A stretch of DNA of 64,000 nt from Candidatus Latescibacterota bacterium (GTDB taxonomy: Bacteria; Latescibacterota; UBA2968; UBA8231): NCBI GenBank assembly GCA_965261395.1, contig OZ253462.1, positions 5,312,001 to 5,376,000 of the forward strand, in the 5' to 3' direction. Positions 1 through 9,134 of this stretch are shown one piece after another (position 1 is the stretch's first letter; every line of letters begins with the position of its first letter). The position numbers and the translations under genes are program-made. The notes beneath the pieces are model-generated. The model saw nothing but the letters and a program-made list of their open reading frames with translations. It searched no databases and was not told the origin of the DNA.

Positions 1-1
1 C

Positions 2-2935
2 CTGCTTGGAGTCGGGCCGCCCTTCATGGCTAAAGTCCCGCCGCGTGCGCTGGTAGCCGAAGAATATCGAATTGTCGCGGATGCCAAAGTAATCTGCGGT
101 GATGCTCAGCATGGCCAGATAATCGGTCTGGCTGTACGTCCCATCTTCAAAGGCGCGATCCCAGTGCTTAAACGGCAGCAAGGGCAGCCCCTGCACACCT
201 AGCTGAAAGCGGGTCTTGGGCGTGAGCTTGTACTGCCCCATTACGATGGGGATGAAGTCGCTGTACGATTTCCGCGGCGTATCTTCGCTGTCAACCTGCT
301 CAAAGATCGTCCGATGCTTTAACTTAGGCGTGACGCTGAAGGCACCCCAGCTATGGGTATAGTCGATCTTGTTGACAACGGAAAAACGCGAGCGCACGTC
401 TTGGGGCTGCAACAGCCCGCTGCCGTCTTCAAGCTCAATTTCGGCTTGGCTGTTGCGCTGCCACAGGAAGCCGTTTTCAATGTTGAAATCGCGGAAGCCC
501 TGATAGGTGCTGTCAAAAAAGAGGAGATGCACAAAGCTGTCGCGCATCAACAGCCCGTCCGGCGTCGCCGGACGCCAAAAACCCGCACGCTCGGGCGGGC
601 CATCAGGCTCGTTTAACCAGCTAATGACCTCGATATCGTCAATGGGCACTTGGTACACATAGGTGTGATCCGGTATGTCGTCTTTGACCTGCTTGGCATC
701 GTAGTTAATCCTGAGTGAGCCAACACCGCGCTTTTCCAACTCATAGGCGTAGCGGAAGTAAAGCCCTTTGGATTTACCTAGGCCAGCGATCTGACTGTTG
801 TCGTAGCGACCTATGCTGATGAACTCGCCCAAGCGCCCTAAGTGGTCGTAGCGGAGAAAGATATGCTGGCCCTTCTGATCGCGTGGATAGGGATAGTCCG
901 GCTTATCGTCATTCTCGCGGAGGTCGGGCACGTTGTTGTTGTTGAAGTCGATGCCATAGACAAATTCGGGCGGCTCTGAATCGTAGGTTAGAAACGCCTC
1001 TTCCCAGTCAACAATGAAATTCTCGTTGCGATCCATATCTGGGATGTTATCGACGTTTTCGTCGAGGCCGGGGTACACTTGGGCGTTGGGAAAGCCCGGA
1101 TACAGCGTGCGCGGCTCGGCGGTAGCCGTATCGTCGCTATCGCTGTCGGGGAAGCGATCATGATCGTCGTTGTCCTCGTGGATGGGATACTCCTCGGTGA
1201 CTGTAGAGATTCTCTCGCCGGGAGCAGGCTGCCCATCGTAGTGGAAAGCCATGCCGCCTCGGTAGCTGTCGTAGCCGCCGCCGTAGTCTGGATCCATGCG
1301 GTATATCTCGCCGCCCAGCGCCAGACCGCTGGCTAGGTCCTTGATGCCCTTAACCCACCATGCCAAGGCGCGCTCACTACTGCGCTCGCCTTCGTTATTG
1401 CCGATCGGGAACATGAAATTTTGCAGGTTGTGCGCCACTTCGCCGCTGAGATCTAGCCCGACCAAATCAACCTGATAGTTGATCGAGGCCAAACTCTGCC
1501 CGGTGGGGATGCCATAGTCAAAAGAGACCATCCGCCGGTTGGCACCACTGCCGTCGCTGCCATCGGCGCGGATGATGGTGTAGTAGAGTTCCTCATCTTC
1601 GTCTGTGTACCATTTGAACGGACGCCGTATGGCCCGCTCACCGGCGCTGGCGATGGGAGCTGGCCAAGCCGACTCGGTGATCGCCGCGTTGCCCCGGCGA
1701 TCAATATTGAAGAAGTCGTGGGTCTGGCTGACACCGACCCGGTAGTCGCCGGCCACATCAGCGACAAAGCGCGCCGAGCGCACCGTCACGTCCGGTGGGA
1801 TAACAAAGGTGTAAACCACCGGCACCTTGCCCTCGGCCTCGCGCCCGCCGCCGGCGCGGACGGTACCGCCCTCGGGTGGCCCAGCTTCTAGCAGTGGGTC
1901 GTAATCCGGATCGTCGTCGAGGCTGGTCAGGCGCACCGGCTCTGTGTTGCGCTCACCCTCGAGGACGATGTCCACGCCATAGACAATGGCATTGGCCCGT
2001 TCGTCGTCAGGCGAATCATCGGCCACGAAGACGCGGATGGTCTTGGGGCCGAGCATCTCATAGGGCAAATCGCCGCGCCAAGCGCTGGTGCGCGACAGCG
2101 CCGGCGAAGCCATAATCTGGTTGATTAGCGTCCCACCAACGCTGGCGAATCGACCTACTTCGTGCTGATAGTGGCCGCCAAAGAGCATCACCGGTGAGTT
2201 GTCCCAAGCGTCGTCGCCTTCTTGGCCAATTGCCCATTTGGAGAATAGCTGAGCACCAGAGTGATCGCCACCGCGAGAGTACAACAGAGTCGCCCGGTCG
2301 CGCTCCTTGTAGTTGAGGTCCATGCGCAGCGCACTCATCTTGCTGTTGACCAGCGTGAGCGGCGTAAAGATGGTGCGAATATCTGTAGCACCTCCTTGTG
2401 TGCCCACGTTGCCCAACGTGGCGGTCCAGTGCAAATCCTTGTGAGTATAGTGGCCGATCCGAAACGCCCGATACTTGTGGTCGATATAGCTATACCCACT
2501 AAAATCGTTGCCACTGCGCGACTCTTCTATCGTCAGGACCCGCTGATAGCCTCCGCCCATGTAGTTGCCCATCCGATCCCAACCCACGTTGCGGGCTTTC
2601 AGAGGACGGCCCGACGGAGTGGCCCAAGCAACGGTCTCCCGGTAGTACGCAATGTACTTTTCGTCGGCGTAGTTGAGATAGGGGACGCTGATTGCAGTGT
2701 TGAGGAAAGCCCTCCCCAGTCCTCGGTCATAGCGGTCTTGGGGACCGCGTAGAAAGGGGGGGCGCTTTTTCCACGGAGGATCTTGCGGCGTGCCGGGAGT
2801 AGGATCGTAATAGGGCAGCGGACCGGCGGATTCGGGGTGGCGCTGCGCCTCTACTGGCGCGGACAGGCCAGCCCAAGCCAGCGCGAACAAGACCACCCAG
2901 CCCTTGACAACACGGCATTTTAGAAAACACAGCAT
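2..2935 (-). CDS. Large secreted/outer-membrane protein with Asp/Asn-rich Ca-binding-like repeats (partial, >977 aa, runs off left edge)
   Basis: Manual translation from ATG 2935 (MLCFLKCRVVKGWVVLFALAWAGLSAPVEAQRHP...) stays open to base 2. Signal peptide ends ...VEA|Q. Contains EDNDDHDRFPD, YPGLDENVDNIPDMDRNENF and GIDFNNNNVPDLREND, followed by aromatic-rich amphipathic strands. Missing from the ORF track because there is no stop in the window. Confidence 0.85.
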   Translation of the reverse strand, partial: MLCFLKCRVVKGWVVLFALAWAGLSAPVEAQRHPESAGPLPYYDPTPGTPQDPPWKKRPPFLRGPQDRYDRGLGRAFLNTAISVPYLNYADEKYIAYYRETVAWATPSGRPLKARNVGWDRMGNYMGGGYQRVLTIEESRSGNDFSGYSYIDHKYRAFRIGHYTHKDLHWTATLGNVGTQGGATDIRTIFTPLTLVNSKMSALRMDLNYKERDRATLLYSRGGDHSGAQLFSKWAIGQEGDDAWDNSPVMLFGGHYQHEVGRFASVGGTLINQIMASPALSRTSAWRGDLPYEMLGPKTIRVFVADDSPDDERANAIVYGVDIVLEGERNTEPVRLTSLDDDPDYDPLLEAGPPEGGTVRAGGGREAEGKVPVVYTFVIPPDVTVRSARFVADVAGDYRVGVSQTHDFFNIDRRGNAAITESAWPAPIASAGERAIRRPFKWYTDEDEELYYTIIRADGSDGSGANRRMVSFDYGIPTGQSLASINYQVDLVGLDLSGEVAHNLQNFMFPIGNNEGERSSERALAWWVKGIKDLASGLALGGEIYRMDPDYGGGYDSYRGGMAFHYDGQPAPGERISTVTEEYPIHEDNDDHDRFPDSDSDDTATAEPRTLYPGFPNAQVYPGLDENVDNIPDMDRNENFIVDWEEAFLTYDSEPPEFVYGIDFNNNNVPDLRENDDKPDYPYPRDQKGQHIFLRYDHLGRLGEFISIGRYDNSQIAGLGKSKGLYFRYAYELEKRGVGSLRINYDAKQVKDDIPDHTYVYQVPIDDIEVISWLNEPDGPPERAGFWRPATPDGLLMRDSFVHLLFFDSTYQGFRDFNIENGFLWQRNSQAEIELEDGSGLLQPQDVRSRFSVVNKIDYTHSWGAFSVTPKLKHRTIFEQVDSEDTPRKSYSDFIPIVMGQYKLTPKTRFQLGVQGLPLLPFKHWDRAFEDGTYSQTDYLAMLSITADYFGIRDNSIFFGYQRTRRDFSHEGRPDSKQ

Positions 2936-3020
2936 GAAAACCCCTCGCGGGTCATATCATATTGAGCAACCTGAAGATTAACGGGCGAGAACATAGGTTT
3001 GCCTAAGCTCGCGGGTCAAG

Positions 3021-3059
3021 AAAAAAAAACGGGAAGCAGGCGTCAAGCCCACTTCCCGT
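3021..3059 (-). terminator. Rho-independent terminator after the 3088..4047 gene
   Basis: Minus strand ACGGGAAGTGGGC-TTGAC-GCCTGCTTCCCGT followed by a T tract. Confidence 0.8.
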
Positions 3060-3087
3060 CTTTGTAAACCTATCCAGAGGCTATTGA

Positions 3088-4047
3088 CTACTGGACGAAG
3101 GTCTCCTTTACACGGCCCCAAGAATCTTCTTCGACCGCTGCCGCTGTGCCTGTCGGGCCAGCCGGCGTATCCACAAAGACATAGTTGGCAAATTCGGACT
3201 GGTTGCCGCCCGCCCAACCCACGCACTGAATCTGGCCACCATAGGCATCTTCGCCATCGGGATCGACCGGCAGCCAAGTAAAGCCCATCTCAGAGCCAGT
3301 CGTGGGGGCTTCAAAGAGGTTCCCATTGCGCAGGAAAGTGTCCCACTCCATCCGCCCCTCGATCACGTAGTCGGCGTCGCCCTCGTCGCCAAACTCATCG
3401 CCGGCGTCGCGGAAGCCGTACTCAAAGCCCTCAATCGCATCGGGGTCGTGAACGTCCACGCGCTGGTTCTGCACGGTGGTGATGTAGCAGACGGACAGTT
3501 CGTTCGAGCCGAAAGGCACAGCCATAAAGTTGACCACATTCAGGTTGACGTACTCGCCGGTCGGGTCGCCACCCGGGTGATCTTCGTTGTTCATGTCGAG
3601 GTAGAGAGACATGGAGTCGCGCTCCCACCAAGCCCGTGCCTCACCGCCACCCTCGGTGTCGCGGACATTATCGCTAACCTCGGTGAGGTAGTATAGGGCA
3701 TCGTCGTCCCACGCCTGCAAGATCACCGAAGAGAAATCGGCGTCGGTACGGCCCTCACCAGCTACTTCGGTCTCGCCGTTTTCATTGAGCTGGTTAGCGC
3801 TTACCTCGCTGGATCCCTGCTCGATATTGCGCCAACCATATTCTTGACCGTCGAGCTGAATCTGGCTTGGCGAGCAGGGAAACTCTAGCGCACCAGTCCA
3901 CTCGTCGGCAACTGTTGCACGGTCGCCATCGAGCGTGGGCGCTTGGGTAAACTTGGGCAAGTCGAAGTAGCGTATCGGCGGCTGGGCATTGGCCAGCGTA
4001 GTAACGCAAAGGGCCGCGATCGCAGCCAAAAGAGTCAACTTCTTCAT
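3088..4047 (-). CDS. Secreted CBM9/DOMON-like sugar-binding protein with C-terminal AVEEDSWGRVKETF tail
   Basis: Signal peptide MKKLTLLAAIAALCVTTLANA|Q; CBM9-like motifs AWDDDALY, WWERDSMSLYLD, YVIEGRMEW, GSEMGFTW; very acidic. Confidence 0.75.
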   Translation of the reverse strand: MKKLTLLAAIAALCVTTLANAQPPIRYFDLPKFTQAPTLDGDRATVADEWTGALEFPCSPSQIQLDGQEYGWRNIEQGSSEVSANQLNENGETEVAGEGRTDADFSSVILQAWDDDALYYLTEVSDNVRDTEGGGEARAWWERDSMSLYLDMNNEDHPGGDPTGEYVNLNVVNFMAVPFGSNELSVCYITTVQNQRVDVHDPDAIEGFEYGFRDAGDEFGDEGDADYVIEGRMEWDTFLRNGNLFEAPTTGSEMGFTWLPVDPDGEDAYGGQIQCVGWAGGNQSEFANYVFVDTPAGPTGTAAAVEEDSWGRVKETFVQ

Positions 4048-4095
4048 TACTGCATCTCCTTAGCTTAAGAAGTGGACGAACAATTTGAACGGTTC

Positions 4096-4124
4096 ATAAT
4101 AAACCCCTGCCAAAGGGTTGTCAA
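4096..4124 (-). promoter_or_regulatory. Sigma70-type promoter for the 3088..4047 gene
   Basis: Minus strand TTGACA-17 nt-TATTAT, about 50 nt upstream of the ATG, which has a GGAG RBS. Confidence 0.7.
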
Positions 4125-4217
4125 GAAAAAAAGTTGCTCTACAAGACTGCCCAAATTATATCCTTAAGTAAGGATAAGACCACAGATTTTACACCGAGAT
4201 AGCGCATTCTTTAGCCC

Positions 4218-5249
4218 GTGAAATGTCTCCTCCTCATTGGATTGGCCTCCGTCCTATTCGGCGGCCGACCGGCCAACGCCCAGCCGCATATCTACACTAT
4301 CGGCCTAGTCTTTACCGATCTCGTCGATCAAGAGATCCTGCCTATCCACCTCGCCGAGCAACATCCCCTCTTGGTGCAGGAAATCGACCAAGCGATTAGA
4401 GACATCTTCGCCAGCTTGGGCCGCTTTCGCGCCGTGCGTTTGCAGAGTGTCGGCGAAGCCCACGATCCCGTTTATGGAGAGTGGGAATCCGTCGATTACA
4501 TCGCCCACTTCATTCTCAACAAAGCCTATAAGACATACCACAACCAAGTTATTCATTACGAAGATTTGGGTCTATTCGACGACGGAGGACCAAGCGCAGA
4601 CCGTTCTTATGAAGTTATTTCTCTGCCCGCCTTCGTCGGCCAACTCGAAGTCAAGCTAGTGGATCCGCGCCGGAGCAAGATTTTCTGGTCGGACTTGCGC
4701 GACTCTTCGGCCACTATACCTTATGACAAACAGCTATACCTTTATAATACTTGGAAGTATCCGGGTGCGTCGCATCCTGGTTTGACACGCGCTTTTTTAG
4801 CCGATCTTCTCCGTTTGCAAATGGCCAATCCCGCCACAGAACGCGCACTGAACGTCGCCGAGCGTTGGTTCGTCTCCAAGCCCAGTAGCGACCTCGCCGT
4901 TGCCCGGGAGTTGTTAAAGGGGCTGGCGGACAATCTAGCGCCCGACCTAGACGCGAATTTGCCGTTAGAGGGCCACATAGCAGCCCTATTGCCCGAGCAG
5001 AAAGGCAAACTCCACGTCCGGCTAAACATCGGTGCTCGGCACGGGCTGACGACGCGAATGCGGTTCGATGTGTGGCGGCCTAGACCATCGCAGCAGAAAG
5101 TGGGGCAAATAGAGGTGGTTGAAATGGATTCCACCACGGCTATTGCTCGGCTGCGAAAACTAGACAAGAAGCTCAAAAAACGCGGGGATGGTCTTCAGAT
5201 CCAAGACCGGGTCATTTCCCCAAAACGCCCTTCGAGGAGGTCATTATGA
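4218..5249 (+). CDS. Secreted hypothetical protein with FlgT/CsgG-associated-like C-terminal domain
   Basis: 343-aa ORF with signal peptide (..RPANA|Q); C-terminal VRLNIGARHGL..RFDVWR..VGQIEVVE pattern; stop overlaps the next start (ATGA). Confidence 0.65.
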   Translation: MKCLLLIGLASVLFGGRPANAQPHIYTIGLVFTDLVDQEILPIHLAEQHPLLVQEIDQAIRDIFASLGRFRAVRLQSVGEAHDPVYGEWESVDYIAHFILNKAYKTYHNQVIHYEDLGLFDDGGPSADRSYEVISLPAFVGQLEVKLVDPRRSKIFWSDLRDSSATIPYDKQLYLYNTWKYPGASHPGLTRAFLADLLRLQMANPATERALNVAERWFVSKPSSDLAVARELLKGLADNLAPDLDANLPLEGHIAALLPEQKGKLHVRLNIGARHGLTTRMRFDVWRPRPSQQKVGQIEVVEMDSTTAIARLRKLDKKLKKRGDGLQIQDRVISPKRPSRRSL

Positions 5250-6460
5250 GCAAGAAATGGGTCTCCACGCGCTTTGCTTCGCCCACTCAGGACTTCGATC
5301 TCGATACTCTGGCTCGCCGCCTGCGCCGGGGCTTTGCTATCGCCTTAGCCTCTGCTGTGGCCCTCCTGCTCGTCATCGTTGCGATCAATCCCTTTGAGGA
5401 GGCCGAGAAGAAGGCACCACGGCCCCTGACGACCAAGTTCATCAAGCGCGAGCCGAGGCTGACCAAGCCGCTAGAGCTGCGCAAAATCCCCCAACCCAAG
5501 CGCCAGCTCGCGCGCCGCGAAGTTCAGCTAGCGCAAGCACGCATGGACCAAGTACAGGCCACGGCCTCGTTCAACACCCGCAGCCTAATCGCCGGCGTCG
5601 GCGGCTCGGGAATTCGCCTATCCGGGCAATCTAACTTCAGCCCGACGGGCACTATGACCCTAGAGCCTAAGCTAGCGGCCGCGGCGGTGACCAGCACTCG
5701 TGCCTCCGAGCACAAGATCGACATGGCCCTAGAGATGCTCGACGTCAACAACATGGATACCGGTCGCTACCGCGCCATTATCGTCCAAGACGCCACGGAC
5801 AAGCAGGCCATCAAGGGCTTCGTCAAGATGGCCCAAGTCATGTCCTCACGGGCATTGGCCGGCGGCACCTCCGGCTACGGCACGGTCACGCTCCGCGTCA
5901 AAACCATCGATAGGATGCGCGATGTACTCAACGAGTACACCGGCCTCAAGGCCGAATTCCTCGGCTTCATCACGTTTGACGACCCGCGCCTGATGGAAGT
6001 ACCTATCATCCTGCCGCAAGGTGCGCCCAATGAGGCCGAAATGGCCAACTTGGCCCAGTACCTAATGTCGGGCGGTTTTACCTTCAACGGGATCTATGAA
6101 GAAGCACTGGAAAAGTACGGCGGCCTAGTCCGCGGCAGGGACTTCTGGTCTGAGCGCCTGCCAGAGGATCACCCCGTCTATACCTCCTTCTTCGACTTGA
6201 GCGGGGGCATGCCTTTTGGCTATCCTCCCTCGCTAGGGCAGGGCAAATCGGGCGTTAGGACATGGAACTATCTGCGCGGCCATTATATCAAAGGTAGGCT
6301 AGCGAGCGTCACGCCCGGCGACACAGGGGGCTGGGGTTGGGAAAACGACCAACGCGGTGGGGATTCGACCCGTCAGCTACAACTGGCGGTCAACATCATC
6401 ATATACGCCCTGACTCAGGAAGGGTCGATTACCCAGCGCCTCATGCAGATGGTCAACTAG
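5246..6460 (+). CDS. DUF4159-domain protein with N-terminal TM anchor
   Basis: Single N-terminal TM segment, Pro/Lys-rich linker, C-terminal NLAQYLMSGGF...LPEDHPVYTSFFD...LAVNIIIYALT typical of DUF4159. Confidence 0.7.
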   Translation: MSKKWVSTRFASPTQDFDLDTLARRLRRGFAIALASAVALLLVIVAINPFEEAEKKAPRPLTTKFIKREPRLTKPLELRKIPQPKRQLARREVQLAQARMDQVQATASFNTRSLIAGVGGSGIRLSGQSNFSPTGTMTLEPKLAAAAVTSTRASEHKIDMALEMLDVNNMDTGRYRAIIVQDATDKQAIKGFVKMAQVMSSRALAGGTSGYGTVTLRVKTIDRMRDVLNEYTGLKAEFLGFITFDDPRLMEVPIILPQGAPNEAEMANLAQYLMSGGFTFNGIYEEALEKYGGLVRGRDFWSERLPEDHPVYTSFFDLSGGMPFGYPPSLGQGKSGVRTWNYLRGHYIKGRLASVTPGDTGGWGWENDQRGGDSTRQLQLAVNIIIYALTQEGSITQRLMQMVN

Positions 6461-6537
6461 GCTTTTTGCTGCAAAGACAATCCCAAAGCAGGTGTCAGGC
6501 CCAACCTCTGACACCTGCTTTCACTTAAGTCCCCACC

Positions 6538-7356
6538 ATGTCCAAGCTCGTCCTAGCAAGCCTCTGCGCCGGCCTATTGAGCTGCGCCTCACAACAGGCC
6601 GAATACTATATCGACCAACTCGCCGATCCGCGGCGTCAAGTCCGCCTCGACGCCAGCCACGCCCTAGTGCAACTAGGCAGCGCGTCCGTCGAGCCTTTGA
6701 TGGACTACGCCACTGCCGGCAGCGATAGTCTGCGCTACATTGCCGCCCAAATCCTCGGCCAAATCGGCGACCAGCGTGCCATCCCCTTCCTCAAAGCACT
6801 CCTCCGCGCCGACAACCGCTATGTCCGCGAACAGGCCGCCCGCGCCCTCGGCCAACTCGACGATCCCCGCCTCCACGCAACCTTAGCCAGCGTCCTCGCC
6901 GGCGACTCGGCCCCAGATGTGCGCGGTGCGGCAGCTTGGAGCTTGGGCAATCTCCGCGACACCACGGCGGTGCCCTCCTTGGTGCACGCCTTAAGGGATA
7001 CCGTCCCCTCGGTGCGCCGACAGGCCCTTGCCGCGCTGCAGTTTCTGTGGACGTCGGCGGCCGAAGCCGCGGCCCTCGACGCACTCCGGGACCGCGACGA
7101 CAACGTGCGCTACATCGCCGCACAGCTATTGGGCCACCACCGGACACACCACGCCCTCGACGCGCTGTGCCTCGCCTTGACCGACGACAATATCTGGGTC
7201 CGTGCGGAGAGTGCCCGTACCCTCGGGCGCATCGGCGACACAACGGCCGTGGCCCCGCTAGAGCGCATGTTCGCCGAGCGCGAAGGGCCCGACCACGAGG
7301 CCGCAAAAGAGGCATTGCAACAGCTCACGGGCCTGAACTACGCGGTTGCCCCGTGA
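6538..7356 (+). CDS. HEAT-repeat lipoprotein
   Basis: Lipobox LLSC; repeated VRxxAAxALGxxGD units. Confidence 0.85.
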   Translation: MSKLVLASLCAGLLSCASQQAEYYIDQLADPRRQVRLDASHALVQLGSASVEPLMDYATAGSDSLRYIAAQILGQIGDQRAIPFLKALLRADNRYVREQAARALGQLDDPRLHATLASVLAGDSAPDVRGAAAWSLGNLRDTTAVPSLVHALRDTVPSVRRQALAALQFLWTSAAEAAALDALRDRDDNVRYIAAQLLGHHRTHHALDALCLALTDDNIWVRAESARTLGRIGDTTAVAPLERMFAEREGPDHEAAKEALQQLTGLNYAVAP

Positions 7357-7382
7357 CAGCTCCCAATCAACGTCATTTCGCC

Positions 7383-7410
7383 TCTGCGTTCATCTGCGTT
7401 TATCTGCGGA
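7383..7410. repeat. Short 10-bp tandem repeat (TCTGCGTTYA, about 3 copies)
   Basis: TCTGCGTTCA TCTGCGTTTA TCTGCGGA in the intergenic space. Confidence 0.7.
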
Positions 7411-7445
7411 TAGCCGATCTGGCGCTTTCAGACAGCATCTAAGCC

Positions 7446-9125
7446 TTGCGCGTCTTGCCGCTGTTTTGCGCCGCGCTGCTATGCACCCTCCCCCTGCGCG
7501 CCCAGCCCCAATTTAGCGACCAAACCGCTGCTGCTGGAATCACTTACCGCAATGTTTTTGGCGGGGAAGAGAAGCAGTACATCCTAGAGTCCCACGGCAG
7601 CGGTGCAGCCTTCTTCGACCACGACTCCGACGGCGACCTCGACCTCTACATAGTCAATGGGGCCACCTTTGCCACGTACCGTGCCCGCTCGGGGCCGGGC
7701 AACGCGCTCTATCGCAATCACGGCGACGGCACGTTTACGGAAATCACCCCAGAAGCCGGAGTCGGTGATGCCGGCTGGGGCAGTGGCGTGGCTGTAGGCG
7801 ACATCGACAACGACGGTCGCCCAGACCTCTATGTGACCAACTACGGGGCCAACGTACTCTACCGCAATCGCGGCGGCGACCGCTTTGCCGATGCGACCCA
7901 AGCAGCGGGCGTTGGCGGCGATCAATACAGCGCCAGCGCGGCCTTTTTCGACTACGACCGCGACGGCGATCTTGACCTCTACGTGGCCAACTACGTCGTC
8001 TTCGACGCCGAGCGCCTGCCGGCCAAACCCAAGCTCTGCACCTTTTTCAGCGGCCTCCACGTCTATTGTGGCCCCAAGGGATTAGTCGGCGCGCCGGATG
8101 TGCTCTACCGCAACGAGGGCGACGGCGCGTTTACCGACGTCACTCAAACGTCCGGCGTGGCTACCGCCAACCGCTATTACGGCTTGGGCGTGGTCCCGAC
8201 CGATTACGATTCCGATGGCGATAGCGACCTCTTTGTCGCCAACGACGAGACCCCCAATGTACTCTTCCAAAACCAAGGCGACGGCACCTTCCAAGACGTC
8301 GCCCTCATCGCGGGCGTGGCGTACAACGGCGACGGCGACGTCGAAGCCGGCATGGGCGCGGATTTTGGCGACTACGATCAAGACGGCGATCCAGACCTGT
8401 ACGTGACCCACTTTTTTACCGAGACTAACACGCTCTACCGCAACGAGGATGGCGTGCGTTTCTCCGATGTCACGACCACGGCCGGCCTCGCCGCGCCCAC
8501 AGTAGAGCTGTTAGGTTGGGGAACGCGCTTTTTCGACTACGACAACGACGGTCGCCTCGACCTCTTCGTCGCCAACGGCCACGTATATCCGCAGGTTGAC
8601 CAAGCCACAACCGGCACCACCTACCGCCAGCCCAACCAGCTCTTCCGCAACGAGGGCGACGGCCGCTTTGCCCCGGTGTCAGCCGGTCCTGGGCTGGCGC
8701 AGGCCAAAGTCAGTCGCGGCACCAGCTTTGGCGACTACGACGACGACGGCGATATCGATCTCTTCGTCGTCGAGCTCAACGACGCGCCAACTCTGTTGCG
8801 CAACGATGGGGGGAATGCGGGAAACTATCTCGTGGTGCAGGTCTTTGGCCGCGAGGACAACCGCGATGGGGTCGGCGCTCGCATCAGCCTGCAAGCGGGC
8901 GGTAAACCCCAGTGGCGCACGGTCAACGGCGCGGCCAGCTACCTCTCGCACAGCGACTTGCGCGTCCACTTCGGCTTGGGCGCGACGCAGGCCATCGACC
9001 GCGTCGAAATCACCTATCCCAACGGCAGCACCTATGCAATCGAGAACGTACCCGCCAACAAGCTCTTAGTAGTCCGCCAAGGGCAGGGGCATGCCCTCCT
9101 CGAACTAGGCGCGAATCCTTTTTGA
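7446..9125 (+). CDS. CRTAC1-family protein (FG-GAP repeats + ASPIC/UnbV domain)
   Basis: Multiple DxDxDGxxDLYVxN repeats; C-terminal NRDGVGARI...SYLSHSDLRVHFGLG; signal peptide. Confidence 0.9.
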   Translation: MRVLPLFCAALLCTLPLRAQPQFSDQTAAAGITYRNVFGGEEKQYILESHGSGAAFFDHDSDGDLDLYIVNGATFATYRARSGPGNALYRNHGDGTFTEITPEAGVGDAGWGSGVAVGDIDNDGRPDLYVTNYGANVLYRNRGGDRFADATQAAGVGGDQYSASAAFFDYDRDGDLDLYVANYVVFDAERLPAKPKLCTFFSGLHVYCGPKGLVGAPDVLYRNEGDGAFTDVTQTSGVATANRYYGLGVVPTDYDSDGDSDLFVANDETPNVLFQNQGDGTFQDVALIAGVAYNGDGDVEAGMGADFGDYDQDGDPDLYVTHFFTETNTLYRNEDGVRFSDVTTTAGLAAPTVELLGWGTRFFDYDNDGRLDLFVANGHVYPQVDQATTGTTYRQPNQLFRNEGDGRFAPVSAGPGLAQAKVSRGTSFGDYDDDGDIDLFVVELNDAPTLLRNDGGNAGNYLVVQVFGREDNRDGVGARISLQAGGKPQWRTVNGAASYLSHSDLRVHFGLGATQAIDRVEITYPNGSTYAIENVPANKLLVVRQGQGHALLELGANPF

Positions 9126-9134
9126 TTATTTAAC

